From contig JBDGUI010000015.1 in assembly GCA_042216015.1 (NCBI GenBank), positions 30,613 to 94,612 on the forward strand: 64,000 bases of DNA. Direction: 5' to 3'. A program made the translations under genes and the position numbers. The DNA comes from Halodesulfurarchaeum sp. (GTDB lineage: Archaea > Halobacteriota > Halobacteria > Halobacteriales > Halobacteriaceae). Under the pieces are notes generated by a model. The model worked only from the letters and a program-made list of their open reading frames with translations, had not been told where the DNA came from and ran no database searches. This document shows positions 10,068 through 19,662 of this stretch, piece after piece (positions within the stretch are counted from its first letter, which is position 1; every line of letters begins with the position of its first letter).

Positions 10068-11236
10068 CCGAGAAGAATTCCCAACCCGATCCGACGTTCG
10101 AAACGGCGGCGATCCACGGCGGCCTCGAACCGGACCCGGAGACGGGAGCGGTCATGACGCCCATCTATGCCTCCTCTACCTTCGCCCAGGACGCCCCCGG
10201 CGAGCACCGGGGCTATGAGTACTCCCGATCGGGGAACCCGACGCGCTCGGCGCTCGAGGCGAACCTGGCCCGCCTCGAGGGAGGGTCCCACGCTCGGGCC
10301 TTCGCGAGCGGGCTCGGGGCGATCAACACCGTCCTCAACCTCCTCCAGTCCGGGGATCACGTGGTGGTGGGCAACGACGTCTACGGGGGAACCCACCGAC
10401 TGTTCCGGGAGGTCTACGAGGACTACGACCTCGAATTCGACTTCGTCGAGATGACAGAGTCCTCTTCGGTCGAGGCGGCGGTCGGGCCATCGACCGAACT
10501 CGTGTGGGTCGAAACGCCGACGAATCCGCTCCTTCGAATCGTCGACATCGAGGCGATAGCCGATATCGCTCACGACGCCGACGCGCTCCTCGCGGTCGAT
10601 AACACCTTCGCGACGCCGTTCCTGCAGCGACCGCTCGAACTCGGTGCCGACGTCGTCGCACACTCGCTGACGAAGTACCTCGGCGGCCACTCTGACGTGA
10701 TCGGCGGCGGACTCGTCACCGACGACGAGAAGATCGAGGAGCGACTGGGATTCTATCAGAACAGCGTCGGGGCCACGCCGGGACCGTTCGACGCGTTCCT
10801 CGTCCTTCGCGGGATCAAGACGCTGCCGGTTCGGATGGAGCGCCATTGCGAAAATGCGGTGGCACTCGCCGAGTGGCTCGAGGGCAAGCAATCCGTCTCG
10901 CAGGTCCTCTATCCCGGCCTCGAGTCACACCCACAGCACGAGTTGGCCGCCCGTCAGATGGACGACTTCGGCGGAATGGTCGGCCTCGAATTCGATCTTC
11001 CCCTCGAGACGGTCGAGGAGATCGTCTCGGAAACCGCGGTGTTCACGCTCGCGGAGAGTCTCGGCGGCGTCGAAAGCCTCATCGAACAGCCCGCGACCAT
11101 GACCCACGGGGCGGTCCCACGGGAGGAGCGACTCGACGCGGGCGTGACCGACGGGTTGGTCCGGTTGAGCGTCGGCCTCGAAGGGATCGAGGACCTGAAA
11201 CGGGATCTGGATCGGGCCATCGTCGAAGCCACGTAG
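10064..11236 (+). CDS. metB: Cystathionine gamma-synthase/gamma-lyase (MetB/MccB)
   Basis: [42 protein letters not shown] overlap with the upstream gene. Confidence 0.9.
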   Translation: MTEKNSQPDPTFETAAIHGGLEPDPETGAVMTPIYASSTFAQDAPGEHRGYEYSRSGNPTRSALEANLARLEGGSHARAFASGLGAINTVLNLLQSGDHVVVGNDVYGGTHRLFREVYEDYDLEFDFVEMTESSSVEAAVGPSTELVWVETPTNPLLRIVDIEAIADIAHDADALLAVDNTFATPFLQRPLELGADVVAHSLTKYLGGHSDVIGGGLVTDDEKIEERLGFYQNSVGATPGPFDAFLVLRGIKTLPVRMERHCENAVALAEWLEGKQSVSQVLYPGLESHPQHELAARQMDDFGGMVGLEFDLPLETVEEIVSETAVFTLAESLGGVESLIEQPATMTHGAVPREERLDAGVTDGLVRLSVGLEGIEDLKRDLDRAIVEAT

Positions 11237-11263
11237 CGCAGGGTGGACCTCGAAAGTCCCCAT

Positions 11264-12127
11264 TCAACCCGCGAGGAGCCGCCAGAGGAAGAGAATCGTT
11301 CCCGCCCCGAGGAAGGTGCTCGCCACGGCACTGAGCTTGGTCCGATGGAGGTCCCGCGAACACTGAATCGACCCGTGTCCGGTCGAATCGGCGTGGGACC
11401 CCCCGTGTGAACATCGGGGAAGCATGTCGATGGCGACGTGGGCGAACACGCCGGTCGAAATCCCGTAGACGACCGCCTTCACGACCGGCCCGAGTGGGGG
11501 AGTCAAAACGGCCAGCGGAATCGCCGAGATCGCCACGGCGGCGGCCGGAATGACCATCACGACCGTCGGCAGTCCGGACTGTTTGACGGATTCCGAGCCG
11601 GTGAACCCGGCAGGGAACTTGTGGGCGAGGATCCCGAACCCGAAAAGTGCCGAGAGCTGGGGAAGCGAGCCGTAGACCACGCCCATGATCGATCCGGCCG
11701 CGAGCGCGTGGAGCGTGAGTTCGCCGGCGGCCGCGTTCAGCGGCAGGTCGCGGTGGGACAGGAGATGGCCCAGTTCGTGACCCGCGTAGCCGATCAGGTA
11801 GCCGAAGGCGATGGCAAATCCACCGGAGGTGGGATTGGCCCCGATAGCTTTGGGTGCGAGCAACGCGCCGGCGCTGCCGAGCATCGCCCCGCTCGAGAGG
11901 CCGTAGGCCCAGACCTGTCGCAGCTCGGACTCGAAGTCGACGACGTGACTGATCGACACGCCAGCGAGCATCGCGAGAAAGCCGAAGACGACGACGCCGG
12001 TCAACTTCGTCCGCCCGGAGAGGAATCCGAGCGCGATCACCCCGAGAAAGACCAGAACGGTGAGACCGCTCGCGAGGAGCGGAACTCTCCCGTTGGGAGC
12101 TGAGCTCGAATCGGCCGCCACTACCAT
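11264..12127 (-). CDS. ZIP-family-like metal transporter
   Basis: About 8 TM segments; LHALAAG and AHKFPAG align with the ZIP TM4/TM5 motifs; His-rich loop near the C-terminus. Confidence 0.7.
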   Translation of the reverse strand: MVVAADSSSAPNGRVPLLASGLTVLVFLGVIALGFLSGRTKLTGVVVFGFLAMLAGVSISHVVDFESELRQVWAYGLSSGAMLGSAGALLAPKAIGANPTSGGFAIAFGYLIGYAGHELGHLLSHRDLPLNAAAGELTLHALAAGSIMGVVYGSLPQLSALFGFGILAHKFPAGFTGSESVKQSGLPTVVMVIPAAAVAISAIPLAVLTPPLGPVVKAVVYGISTGVFAHVAIDMLPRCSHGGSHADSTGHGSIQCSRDLHRTKLSAVASTFLGAGTILFLWRLLAG

Positions 12128-12375
12128 GGGCGATCACGTGAGTTGCCGTCTCCGACCGTCGAAGTGGGACTCCAACGCCCGGTACCCTCGTTCGCGCGTG
12201 TGAAGGGTCCTCCACAGCGGAAACTGCGCTGTGCCATTCGGTAATAAGGAGATGTCGCCACGGGGTAAAAATGGATATCGATGGAACAGCGAGGGTATTC
12301 GGGCAGGAATCCCACTCACATCGAGATTGTCGCGAACCCGAAACCCGGCGATTCGGCCCCGAGCTTTGCATCGGT

Positions 12376-14802
12376 TCACGGTCGGGAAGAAGTGCCGGGG
12401 ACGTCAGCACCGACCTCCCGTTCCGCGGCTGTGGCCACGATCGCCTGCCCGTACGAAATGCCGGCATCCCCAGGGGGGACACGCTCGTGATCGACGTACT
12501 CGAATCCAGCCGCCGAGACGTGCCGGTCGATCCGGTCGGATATCGCCTCGTTGTACGCCACCCCGCCGGAGAATCCGATCGCCTCGATTCCCCGACGTTC
12601 CGCCTCCCTGACGGCCATATCGGCCAACCCCCTTGCCAGCACATCCTGGGCCGTCGCGGCAACCGCGGCCGTCGATTCGGTCTCGGCGAGCTCGTCCAGC
12701 CGGCGGGCCAGCGTACGAACGTCGAGGACACGCGTCCCATCCCGTCGGCAGAACGGGGGATCCAATTCCAGGGGCGTCACACCTGCGGCTGCGGCCTCGA
12801 GCCTGATCGCCGGTTCTCCTTCGTACCGCCGTTCGGGACAGACGCCGAGTAGCGCACTCACGGCGTCGAGAAACCGGCCGGCACTCGTCGTGACCGGTGC
12901 GTTGACCCCCGCCTCGAGACTGTCCAGAACCGTCCCCGCTTCGATCTCATCGAGCGGGGTCCTGAGGGTCAACAACCACTCGATACGATCCGGATCGTCG
13001 AGGAGGCTCGCGAGAATTCGCGTGGGACGTTCGATGGCCGCCTCACCCCCGGGAAGCCGGAACGCGTCGAGGCCACCGACGCGCTCGAAATCCGTCCGCG
13101 TCGCATCCAGTACCTCACCACCCCAGATCGTCCCGTCCGAGCCGTATCCGGTTCCATCCGCGACGATCACCACCGCCCGATCGAGGTCGTGCTCGCCGAG
13201 CAGCGAGGCCGCGTGTGCGTGGTGATGCTGGACCCTGATCGGCCCCTCCGGGGTGGATCGGTCCCGCGAAGCCGACCGTGGCGCCCGGTCCGTACGGATC
13301 CGATCTGCGTACTCCGCGGCGAACCGGCTCGTGAGGAAGTCCGGATGGGCGTCGCAGGCGACGAGGGCGGGCTCGACGCCGAGCAGGCCAGTAAGGTGGT
13401 CGACCGTCTCCCGGAGAAATTCCTCCGTCGTGGGGCCATCGACGTCGCCTAGATGCTGAGAGGGAAACACCTCGTCGTCCCGTGCAACCGAGATCGTATT
13501 GTCGAATTCGGCCCCGACCGCGAGAATCGGGGGCCCGTCACCCCGTCGGGGAAGGGGCTGGGGAACCCACCCCCGGGACCGACGAAGGAAACGACGTGAC
13601 CCGTCGACGGATCGGACGACGCTGTCATCACACCGGGCGACGATCTCGCGATCGTGGACGAGCGCGGCGTCGATGACCGGACCGAGCGTGTCGAAAATCG
13701 AATCGCCGGTCACGCACATCGGCTCCCCCGGCATGTTTCCGCTGGTCATCACGAGCGGGCCGTCGAGTTGGGGCCTGGAATCGGAGGTGGATTTCGAATC
13801 GGGATCCGGCTCGAACAGGAGGTGATGGAGTCCGGCGTAAGGGAGCATCACGCCGACCGTGTGCAGACCGGGAGCAACCTCCTCCAGCTGCCCGTCGTCG
13901 TCCCGGTCGAGGACCACGATCGGTCGCCGAACGTCCTCGAGCAACTCCCGTTCGGCCCCGGAAATCGACGCGAACGAACGGACGGTATCGAGCGTGGGGG
14001 CCATCACCGCGAATGGCTTCGCTGGCCGATTGGTCCGCTCTCGGAGCCGGGCGACGGCCTCGGGATCGGTCGCGTCGCAGGCGAGATGTGTCCCACCGAC
14101 GCCGCGAATCGCGAGGATGTCGCCACTCGCCAATCGCGCCGTGGCCGATTCGAGTGCCGCCACCCCGGTCGCCCGCTCCGTCGAGCCGTCCGCGGTCGGT
14201 TCCTGCAGCGAGAGCGTCGGTCCACACTCGGGACAGGCGATCGTCTGGGCGTGATAGCGGCGATCCGACGGGTCCTCGTATTCCGATTCGCAAGCCGGAC
14301 ACATGGGAAAGGCGTCCATCGAGGTCCGTGGACGGTCGTAGGGTAGTTCGCGAATGACGGTATACCGGGGGCCACAATCGACACAGGACGTCGCCCAGTA
14401 CCGGTGATATCGCGAGTCGGGATCGCGAATGTCCTCGAGACACGACTCACAGATGCCGGTGTCAGGTGGGATGGTCCCGGTTCCCCCCGCCGTGTCGACG
14501 GAGTCCAGGATCCGAAATTCGCCCGGGTGTTCGAGGGATTCGCCAGGGGATACCGACGAACGGTCGACCTCGACCGACTCCACCCGGGAGAGCGGCGGGG
14601 GGGAGGTCCGGAGATCGTCGAGGAAGGCGTCAATTGAAGCGGCGTCCCCCTGAAGGAAAATCTCGACGCCCGCGTCACCGGTGTTCCTGACTGTTCCCGA
14701 TAGGCCGTGATCGGTGGCCCGTCGATACACGAACGGTCGAAACCCGACCCCCTGCACGACTCCCTGTACCTGTACCGACGCCCGAATGCTGGAATCGGTC
14801 AT
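12376..14802 (-). CDS. hypF: Carbamoyltransferase HypF
   Basis: GVVQGVGFRPFV acylphosphatase domain, two CxxC-x18-CxxC fingers, QHHHAH, DGTGYG, PPGDAGISYGQ. Confidence 0.97.
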   Translation of the reverse strand: MTDSSIRASVQVQGVVQGVGFRPFVYRRATDHGLSGTVRNTGDAGVEIFLQGDAASIDAFLDDLRTSPPPLSRVESVEVDRSSVSPGESLEHPGEFRILDSVDTAGGTGTIPPDTGICESCLEDIRDPDSRYHRYWATSCVDCGPRYTVIRELPYDRPRTSMDAFPMCPACESEYEDPSDRRYHAQTIACPECGPTLSLQEPTADGSTERATGVAALESATARLASGDILAIRGVGGTHLACDATDPEAVARLRERTNRPAKPFAVMAPTLDTVRSFASISGAERELLEDVRRPIVVLDRDDDGQLEEVAPGLHTVGVMLPYAGLHHLLFEPDPDSKSTSDSRPQLDGPLVMTSGNMPGEPMCVTGDSIFDTLGPVIDAALVHDREIVARCDDSVVRSVDGSRRFLRRSRGWVPQPLPRRGDGPPILAVGAEFDNTISVARDDEVFPSQHLGDVDGPTTEEFLRETVDHLTGLLGVEPALVACDAHPDFLTSRFAAEYADRIRTDRAPRSASRDRSTPEGPIRVQHHHAHAASLLGEHDLDRAVVIVADGTGYGSDGTIWGGEVLDATRTDFERVGGLDAFRLPGGEAAIERPTRILASLLDDPDRIEWLLTLRTPLDEIEAGTVLDSLEAGVNAPVTTSAGRFLDAVSALLGVCPERRYEGEPAIRLEAAAAGVTPLELDPPFCRRDGTRVLDVRTLARRLDELAETESTAAVAATAQDVLARGLADMAVREAERRGIEAIGFSGGVAYNEAISDRIDRHVSAAGFEYVDHERVPPGDAGISYGQAIVATAAEREVGADVPGTSSRP

Positions 14803-14817
14803 CGAGCGCGGAGTGGG

Positions 14818-15744
14818 TTACTCCCCATCCTCCACCCCGCCTGTGTGACTGTGGGGCAGCCGATCCGGAATCGATCGCTCGGTACCGTGGGCGTGCACGT
14901 TCGCCTCCTGTGTCTGTCGGTGCGATCGCAGGAAGGCGGCGAGATCGTTCATCCCGTCTCCCTCCCTGGCGTTCGTCTCGAAGACCGGAAGCTCCGGGGC
15001 CGTTCGCTTGATGTCCCGCCGAACCCGATCGAGATCGGTCCCCACTGCCTCGGCGAGGTCGATCTTGTTGATCACTGCGGCGTCGGCAGCCTGGACGAGG
15101 AGCGGGTGTTTGGAGACGACGTCATCGCCCTCGGTCGTGCTGACGACCAGGATCCGGAGACTTGCCCCGAGAGGGAAGTCGGCCGGACAGACCATGTTGC
15201 CCACGTTCTCCACGTAGAGCGTATCGAGGGTTTCGAGGTCGAAACCCGCAAGCGCCGTCCCAACCCCCTCGGGATCGAGATGGCACTCCTTGCCCGTGTT
15301 GATGTTTTCGACTGGAATGCCGTACTCCCGGAGTCTGGTTGCGTCGTCCTCCCCGGCCACGTCGCCGACGACGGCCCCGATCCGTTCGTCCGCTGGTGCC
15401 CGCTCGAGCAATTGCTCGATCAACCGGGTCTTTCCGCCCCCCGTGCTTCCGACGAATTCGACGGCGAACACGCCGTGTTCGTGCACCAGTGTCTCGTGAA
15501 GTTCACCGGCCCGCTCGCGGATCGCGGCGAGCACGTCGGCCTCGGCGTCGCTCTCCTCCAGGTCCAATCCGAAGTCCTCGTGGCCCAGTCGATGGGCCCG
15601 GACGGGGTGCCGTGCCTTCCCCTCCCGGCCCATCCAGGCCACGTTCTGCAGTCGAACCAGGAGGGATTCGACTGCCGCGGAGAGGGGATGCTGCCGATTC
15701 GACGGGACGATGCGGGCCAATCCAGTCTGTGTGTCGTGGTACAT
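14818..15744 (-). CDS. hypB: Hydrogenase nickel-incorporation GTPase HypB
   Basis: GSTGGGKT, ECHL, ENVGNMVCPADF, STTEGDD, NKID; the start may be further downstream. Confidence 0.93.
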   Translation of the reverse strand: MYHDTQTGLARIVPSNRQHPLSAAVESLLVRLQNVAWMGREGKARHPVRAHRLGHEDFGLDLEESDAEADVLAAIRERAGELHETLVHEHGVFAVEFVGSTGGGKTRLIEQLLERAPADERIGAVVGDVAGEDDATRLREYGIPVENINTGKECHLDPEGVGTALAGFDLETLDTLYVENVGNMVCPADFPLGASLRILVVSTTEGDDVVSKHPLLVQAADAAVINKIDLAEAVGTDLDRVRRDIKRTAPELPVFETNAREGDGMNDLAAFLRSHRQTQEANVHAHGTERSIPDRLPHSHTGGVEDGE

Positions 15745-15750
15745 GAATCA

Positions 15751-16176
15751 CTACGAGTGCGGTGGGCGGGGATCCGGCTGGGGGTTGCTCTCGCCCGATT
15801 TCGGGACATCGGCCTGCTCGGGCACCTCGATGCTCGCGAGTCGACACTCCCTGCCGCGGTCGAGTTCGGCCCTGCCCCCGCAGTTCGGACAGCGGATATC
15901 GGGGGCAAAGCCGGCGGCGAGTGCCAGTTCGTCTGGCTCGCCGCGGAAGCCACAGTCACAGACGGCGATCGGATCGACCGTCTCGGTCCGGATCGTGGCG
16001 CCCGCTGCGAGGGTATCCTCGGCGATCGCCTCGAGACAGAAGACGAGCTGGTCCGGATTGACGTGGGTCGCCCGACCGATTTCCAGGGTCAGCTCGTCGA
16101 TCCGGTCGGCGTCGTGTTCCGCGGCTGCGGCGAGGGCCCGTTCGAGGATTGCGTGAGCGACGCTTACCTCGTGCAT
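15751..16176 (-). CDS. hypA: Nickel metallochaperone HypA
   Basis: MHE N-terminus, CDC and CPNC zinc site, GRE motif. Confidence 0.93.
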   Translation of the reverse strand: MHEVSVAHAILERALAAAAEHDADRIDELTLEIGRATHVNPDQLVFCLEAIAEDTLAAGATIRTETVDPIAVCDCGFRGEPDELALAAGFAPDIRCPNCGGRAELDRGRECRLASIEVPEQADVPKSGESNPQPDPRPPHS

Positions 16177-17285
16177 CAGCAGATCCGGGGGAGTGCCTCC
16201 CCCTCCGGCTCGGTGAGATACCGGCGGCCGAATCCCGTATCGAGGACGACTCGACCGGCGTGTTCCTCGACGGCGTGACCGACGATCTCGGCGTCTTCAC
16301 CGCCCGTGCAGCCACGGACCGCCTCGAGTACCGATTCGGCGTCCTCGGCATCGACGCCGAAAACGACCTTCCCCTCGTTCGCCACCGAGAGCGGGTCGAT
16401 CCCCAGCACTTCGCCCGCGGACGCGGTCGCCCCGGAAACGGGGATGGCCTGCTCGTCGAGTTCGATGCCCACGTCGCCCTTCTCGGCCATCTCGGTTGCG
16501 GCGTTCGCGAAGCCGCCGCGGGTCGGGTCCTTCATCGCCGAAATCCGCCCCGCGTCCATGGCCGCGCTGACGATATCGTTCACCGGCGCGACGTCGCTCC
16601 GGAGGTCGCCGGTGAAGTCGAAGCCCTCGCGTGCCGACAGGAGCGCGATTCCGTGGTCGCCCAGTTCGCCGCTCACGATGATCGCGTCGCCGGGTTCCAG
16701 GCCGGCATCGCTGACGGCCGTGTCGCGGCCGACGTAGGCGACCCCCGCCGTGTTGACGACGATTCCGTCCACCTCGCCGTTTCCCATCACCTTCGTGTCA
16801 CCCGTCGAAATCGTCGTCCCTGCCTCCGCCGCCGTCTCGGCCATCGATTCGACGACCCGTTCGACGTCGGCAGTCGGGGTCCCTTCCTCGAGAAGGAGCG
16901 AGCAGGTCAGGGCGACCGGCTCGGTGGCCCCCATGACGGCCAGATCGTTCACCGTGCCAGCCACAGCGAGACGGCCGATGTCCCCGCCCGGGAAGAATCG
17001 GGGCGTGACGACGTGACTGTCGGTCGTCACCACGAGGGAGCCCGCTTCGTTCACCGGATGGACGGCCCCATCATCTAGTTCGGGGAGTCCCACTTCCCCC
17101 TCGCCCGCTTCCCGGGCGTTTACGGCGCCTCCAGCCCCCGTCGTCCCGGGGTCCTCCCCATAGCCAGCAAACCGGGGGACGACGAGCTCTTGCAGGAGCG
17201 AGCGCATGGCCCCACCGCCGGCACCATGGGCCAGCGTCACGACGTCTTCGGACTCCGCCGACTCTGGTGGTGTGTGTCCGGTCAT
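16176..17285 (-). CDS. hypE: Hydrogenase maturation protein HypE
   Basis: HGAGG, TTDSHVV.P.FFPGGDIG, DPTRGG, C-terminal PRIC; start trimmed to ATG 17285. Confidence 0.96.
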   Translation of the reverse strand: MTGHTPPESAESEDVVTLAHGAGGGAMRSLLQELVVPRFAGYGEDPGTTGAGGAVNAREAGEGEVGLPELDDGAVHPVNEAGSLVVTTDSHVVTPRFFPGGDIGRLAVAGTVNDLAVMGATEPVALTCSLLLEEGTPTADVERVVESMAETAAEAGTTISTGDTKVMGNGEVDGIVVNTAGVAYVGRDTAVSDAGLEPGDAIIVSGELGDHGIALLSAREGFDFTGDLRSDVAPVNDIVSAAMDAGRISAMKDPTRGGFANAATEMAEKGDVGIELDEQAIPVSGATASAGEVLGIDPLSVANEGKVVFGVDAEDAESVLEAVRGCTGGEDAEIVGHAVEEHAGRVVLDTGFGRRYLTEPEGEALPRIC

Positions 17286-17287
17286 CG

Positions 17288-18394
17288 TTAGAGGTCCGGA
17301 TGGCCGCCGTACTCGTGCCAGATCTTGCAGGTACCCTCGCTGCTCACCATGCAGGCGCCCACGGGATTGCCGGGCGTGCACTCCTCGCCGAACAGGTCAC
17401 ACTCGTCCGGGTCCGCCTTCCCCGCCATGATGTCGCCACAGATGCACTGCTCGGTGAGCGGATCCGGGCCGCCGGTGGCCGGCTCGACGTCGAAGCGTTC
17501 TCTGGTGTCGTACTCGGCGTACTCCTCCCGAAGCACGAGGTTCGCTCCGGGGATCTCGGCGATTCCGCGCCACTCCCCCGAGGTCGTCTCGAAGACCGAC
17601 CACATGGTCTCGAGGGCGTCCACGTTCCCCTCCTCGGTCACACAGCGGGGGTAGGCGTTCTCCAGGCCGGCAACGTCCGCTTCGATGTACTCGAGGAGTC
17701 GTTCGACCCCCAGGAGCACGTCGACCGGTTCGAAGCCCCCGACGACGATCGGCAGGTCGAACTCCTCGACGAACGGCTCGAACAGGCCATATCCGGTGAT
17801 CGTGGCGGCGTGCCCGGCCGCGAGGAAGCCGTCGATGTCCACGTCCGGCATCTCCGCGACGACCTCCATCGCCGGCGGGACGTACTTGTGCGCCGAGAGA
17901 ACCGAGAAGTTCTCGGGTGGGTCTGCAGCCAGAATCGCCGCCGTCGGTGCCGCCGTGGTCTCGAAGCCCGTCGCAAAGAAGACGACTTCCCGATCGGGGT
18001 GCTCCTCGGCGAGTTCGACCGCCTCGCTGGCGGAGTAGACGACCTCGACGTCGGCGCCGTCCGCGCGGGCGTCCGCGAGGCTCTTTTCCGTTCCGGGGAC
18101 ACGGAACATGTCCCCATAGGTCGCGACGATGGCGTCCTGCTCTGCCACTGCGACCGCCTCGTCGACCTCCGGCATGTTCGTCACACAGACGGGACAGCCG
18201 GGGCCCATCCGGACCGAGAGCCCCTCTGGAAGCAGGCTTCGGAGGCCGAACTTCGCGATGGCCTGTTCGTGGGAGCCACAGACATGCATCAGCGTCACGG
18301 GCTCGTCGATCTCCGCCATCAGGGACTCGAGGCGGTCGGCCAGCCGTTCGGCCTGCTCCGGGTTCCTGAACTGGAGCGGTTTACTGCTACTCAT
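17288..18394 (-). CDS. hypD: Hydrogenase maturation protein HypD
   Basis: MHVCGSHE, GPGCPVC, GFETT, GACMVSSEGTC; start trimmed to ATG 18394. Confidence 0.96.
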   Translation of the reverse strand: MSSSKPLQFRNPEQAERLADRLESLMAEIDEPVTLMHVCGSHEQAIAKFGLRSLLPEGLSVRMGPGCPVCVTNMPEVDEAVAVAEQDAIVATYGDMFRVPGTEKSLADARADGADVEVVYSASEAVELAEEHPDREVVFFATGFETTAAPTAAILAADPPENFSVLSAHKYVPPAMEVVAEMPDVDIDGFLAAGHAATITGYGLFEPFVEEFDLPIVVGGFEPVDVLLGVERLLEYIEADVAGLENAYPRCVTEEGNVDALETMWSVFETTSGEWRGIAEIPGANLVLREEYAEYDTRERFDVEPATGGPDPLTEQCICGDIMAGKADPDECDLFGEECTPGNPVGACMVSSEGTCKIWHEYGGHPDL

Positions 18395-18791
18395 CGATAT
18401 CTGGCCTCGGCCCCGCCCCGTCCTCTTCGGTCCCGGTCCGTGCGTCACCCGGTCCCTGGGTGAGGCGATTCGTCGAGGTAACGGGCTGGTCGTCCTCGTC
18501 CAGGGCAGCCGGCCTGTCGCCGAACTGGAGCGTGGCATCCGTCGCACCGATCTCCTCGAGGGCGTCCTCCTCGTCGCCGCTCAACAGCGACTCGTAGAGT
18601 TCCATCGTCTCTGCGACCTCGTCGTCGGGAATCTTCCTGATCGCGAACCCGGCGTGGTTGAGGACGTAGTCCCCGACCTCGACGTCGTCGCCGACGATGT
18701 CGAGTCGAACCGCCTTCTCGACGTTCCAGAACTCCGCCCGGGCCGTCTGGCCGTCGATCTCGACGATCTCGCCTGGAATGCCCAGACACAT
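18387..18791 (-). CDS. hypC: HypC/HybG chaperone with an acidic C-terminal extension
   Basis: MCLGIPG N-terminus, GDYVLNHAGFAI. Confidence 0.95.
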   Translation of the reverse strand: MCLGIPGEIVEIDGQTARAEFWNVEKAVRLDIVGDDVEVGDYVLNHAGFAIRKIPDDEVAETMELYESLLSGDEEDALEEIGATDATLQFGDRPAALDEDDQPVTSTNRLTQGPGDARTGTEEDGAGPRPDIDE

Positions 18792-18997
18792 CAGTTCTCA
18801 CCCCCCTCCTCTCGGGAAACGGCCCCCGTCGAGTCGAGTGTGCCGTCGACCTCCACCTGCATGTTCCAGGGGTCATTGCCGAGGAGCCTGTCGGGGCGGA
18901 TCGCCCCCCTGACCTGATGGCCAGCCTCCTCGTGATCGGGAATATCGGCCTTCTCGATCTCGGTCTCGCAGTCGGTGCAGTACCAGCGGGCGGTCAT
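18791..18997 (-). CDS. Small C2H2-like metal-binding protein (68 aa)
   Basis: MTARWYCTDCETEIEKADIPDHEEAGH...; acidic; its stop overlaps the hypC ATG (TGATG). Confidence 0.7.
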   Translation of the reverse strand: MTARWYCTDCETEIEKADIPDHEEAGHQVRGAIRPDRLLGNDPWNMQVEVDGTLDSTGAVSREEGGEN

Positions 18998-19131
18998 GTG
19001 GAGATCACGCTCCGTGTGGTGGGTTCGCCGTCGGTTCTTCCGGGTTGGATCGGGATGTGCATAGTATTGTACATGTTCGGCAATCCGTTGTGTCGGGTCG
19101 ATTCTGTCTCGGCCACGGCATCGAATGGGGC

Positions 19132-19659
19132 TCACGATGGGGATTCGGGCACTTCCTCCTGAATGTGTTCCACGAGGTGGGGAACAGTTCGTTCGATCGG
19201 TTCGCTCAGTTCCATCGACATCTCGATCCTGGCCGGCTCGACCCCGAGGATGAGGACCTCATCGGGGATGTCATAGGCGTTGCGGCCGGCCTCGAGCGCC
19301 TCGGCGAAGGAGAAGTCATGCATCGTCATCTCCGGTATCTCGCCGGCGAAGGCCCCGTCGACGAAGCGGTACTGGTGAATGGTTCCCGGGTCGGCGCCGG
19401 TCGCGATCGCGTCGATCACGATCGCCCGTTCGCAGCCGCTCATCGCCTCGAGGGCGAAGAAGGCTGTCGTGCCGGCGTTGGCGAAGATGACGTCCTCGCG
19501 ATCGCCGAGGACCGATTCCTCGAGCGTCTCGACGACTCGGGCACCGACGCCATCGTCGCCCATGATCTGGTTGCCGACGCCGACGATCGCCAGACCCGAG
19601 TCGTCCGCGTCCGACCGGGTGAGCGCCGACGTTCCCCCCGAATCGACGGATCCAACCAT
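19132..19659 (-). CDS. Hydrogenase maturation endopeptidase (HyaD/HybD family)
   Basis: GVGNQIMGDDGVG, IVIDAI, MHD. Confidence 0.93.
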   Translation of the reverse strand: MVGSVDSGGTSALTRSDADDSGLAIVGVGNQIMGDDGVGARVVETLEESVLGDREDVIFANAGTTAFFALEAMSGCERAIVIDAIATGADPGTIHQYRFVDGAFAGEIPEMTMHDFSFAEALEAGRNAYDIPDEVLILGVEPARIEMSMELSEPIERTVPHLVEHIQEEVPESPS

Positions 19660-19662
19660 GGG

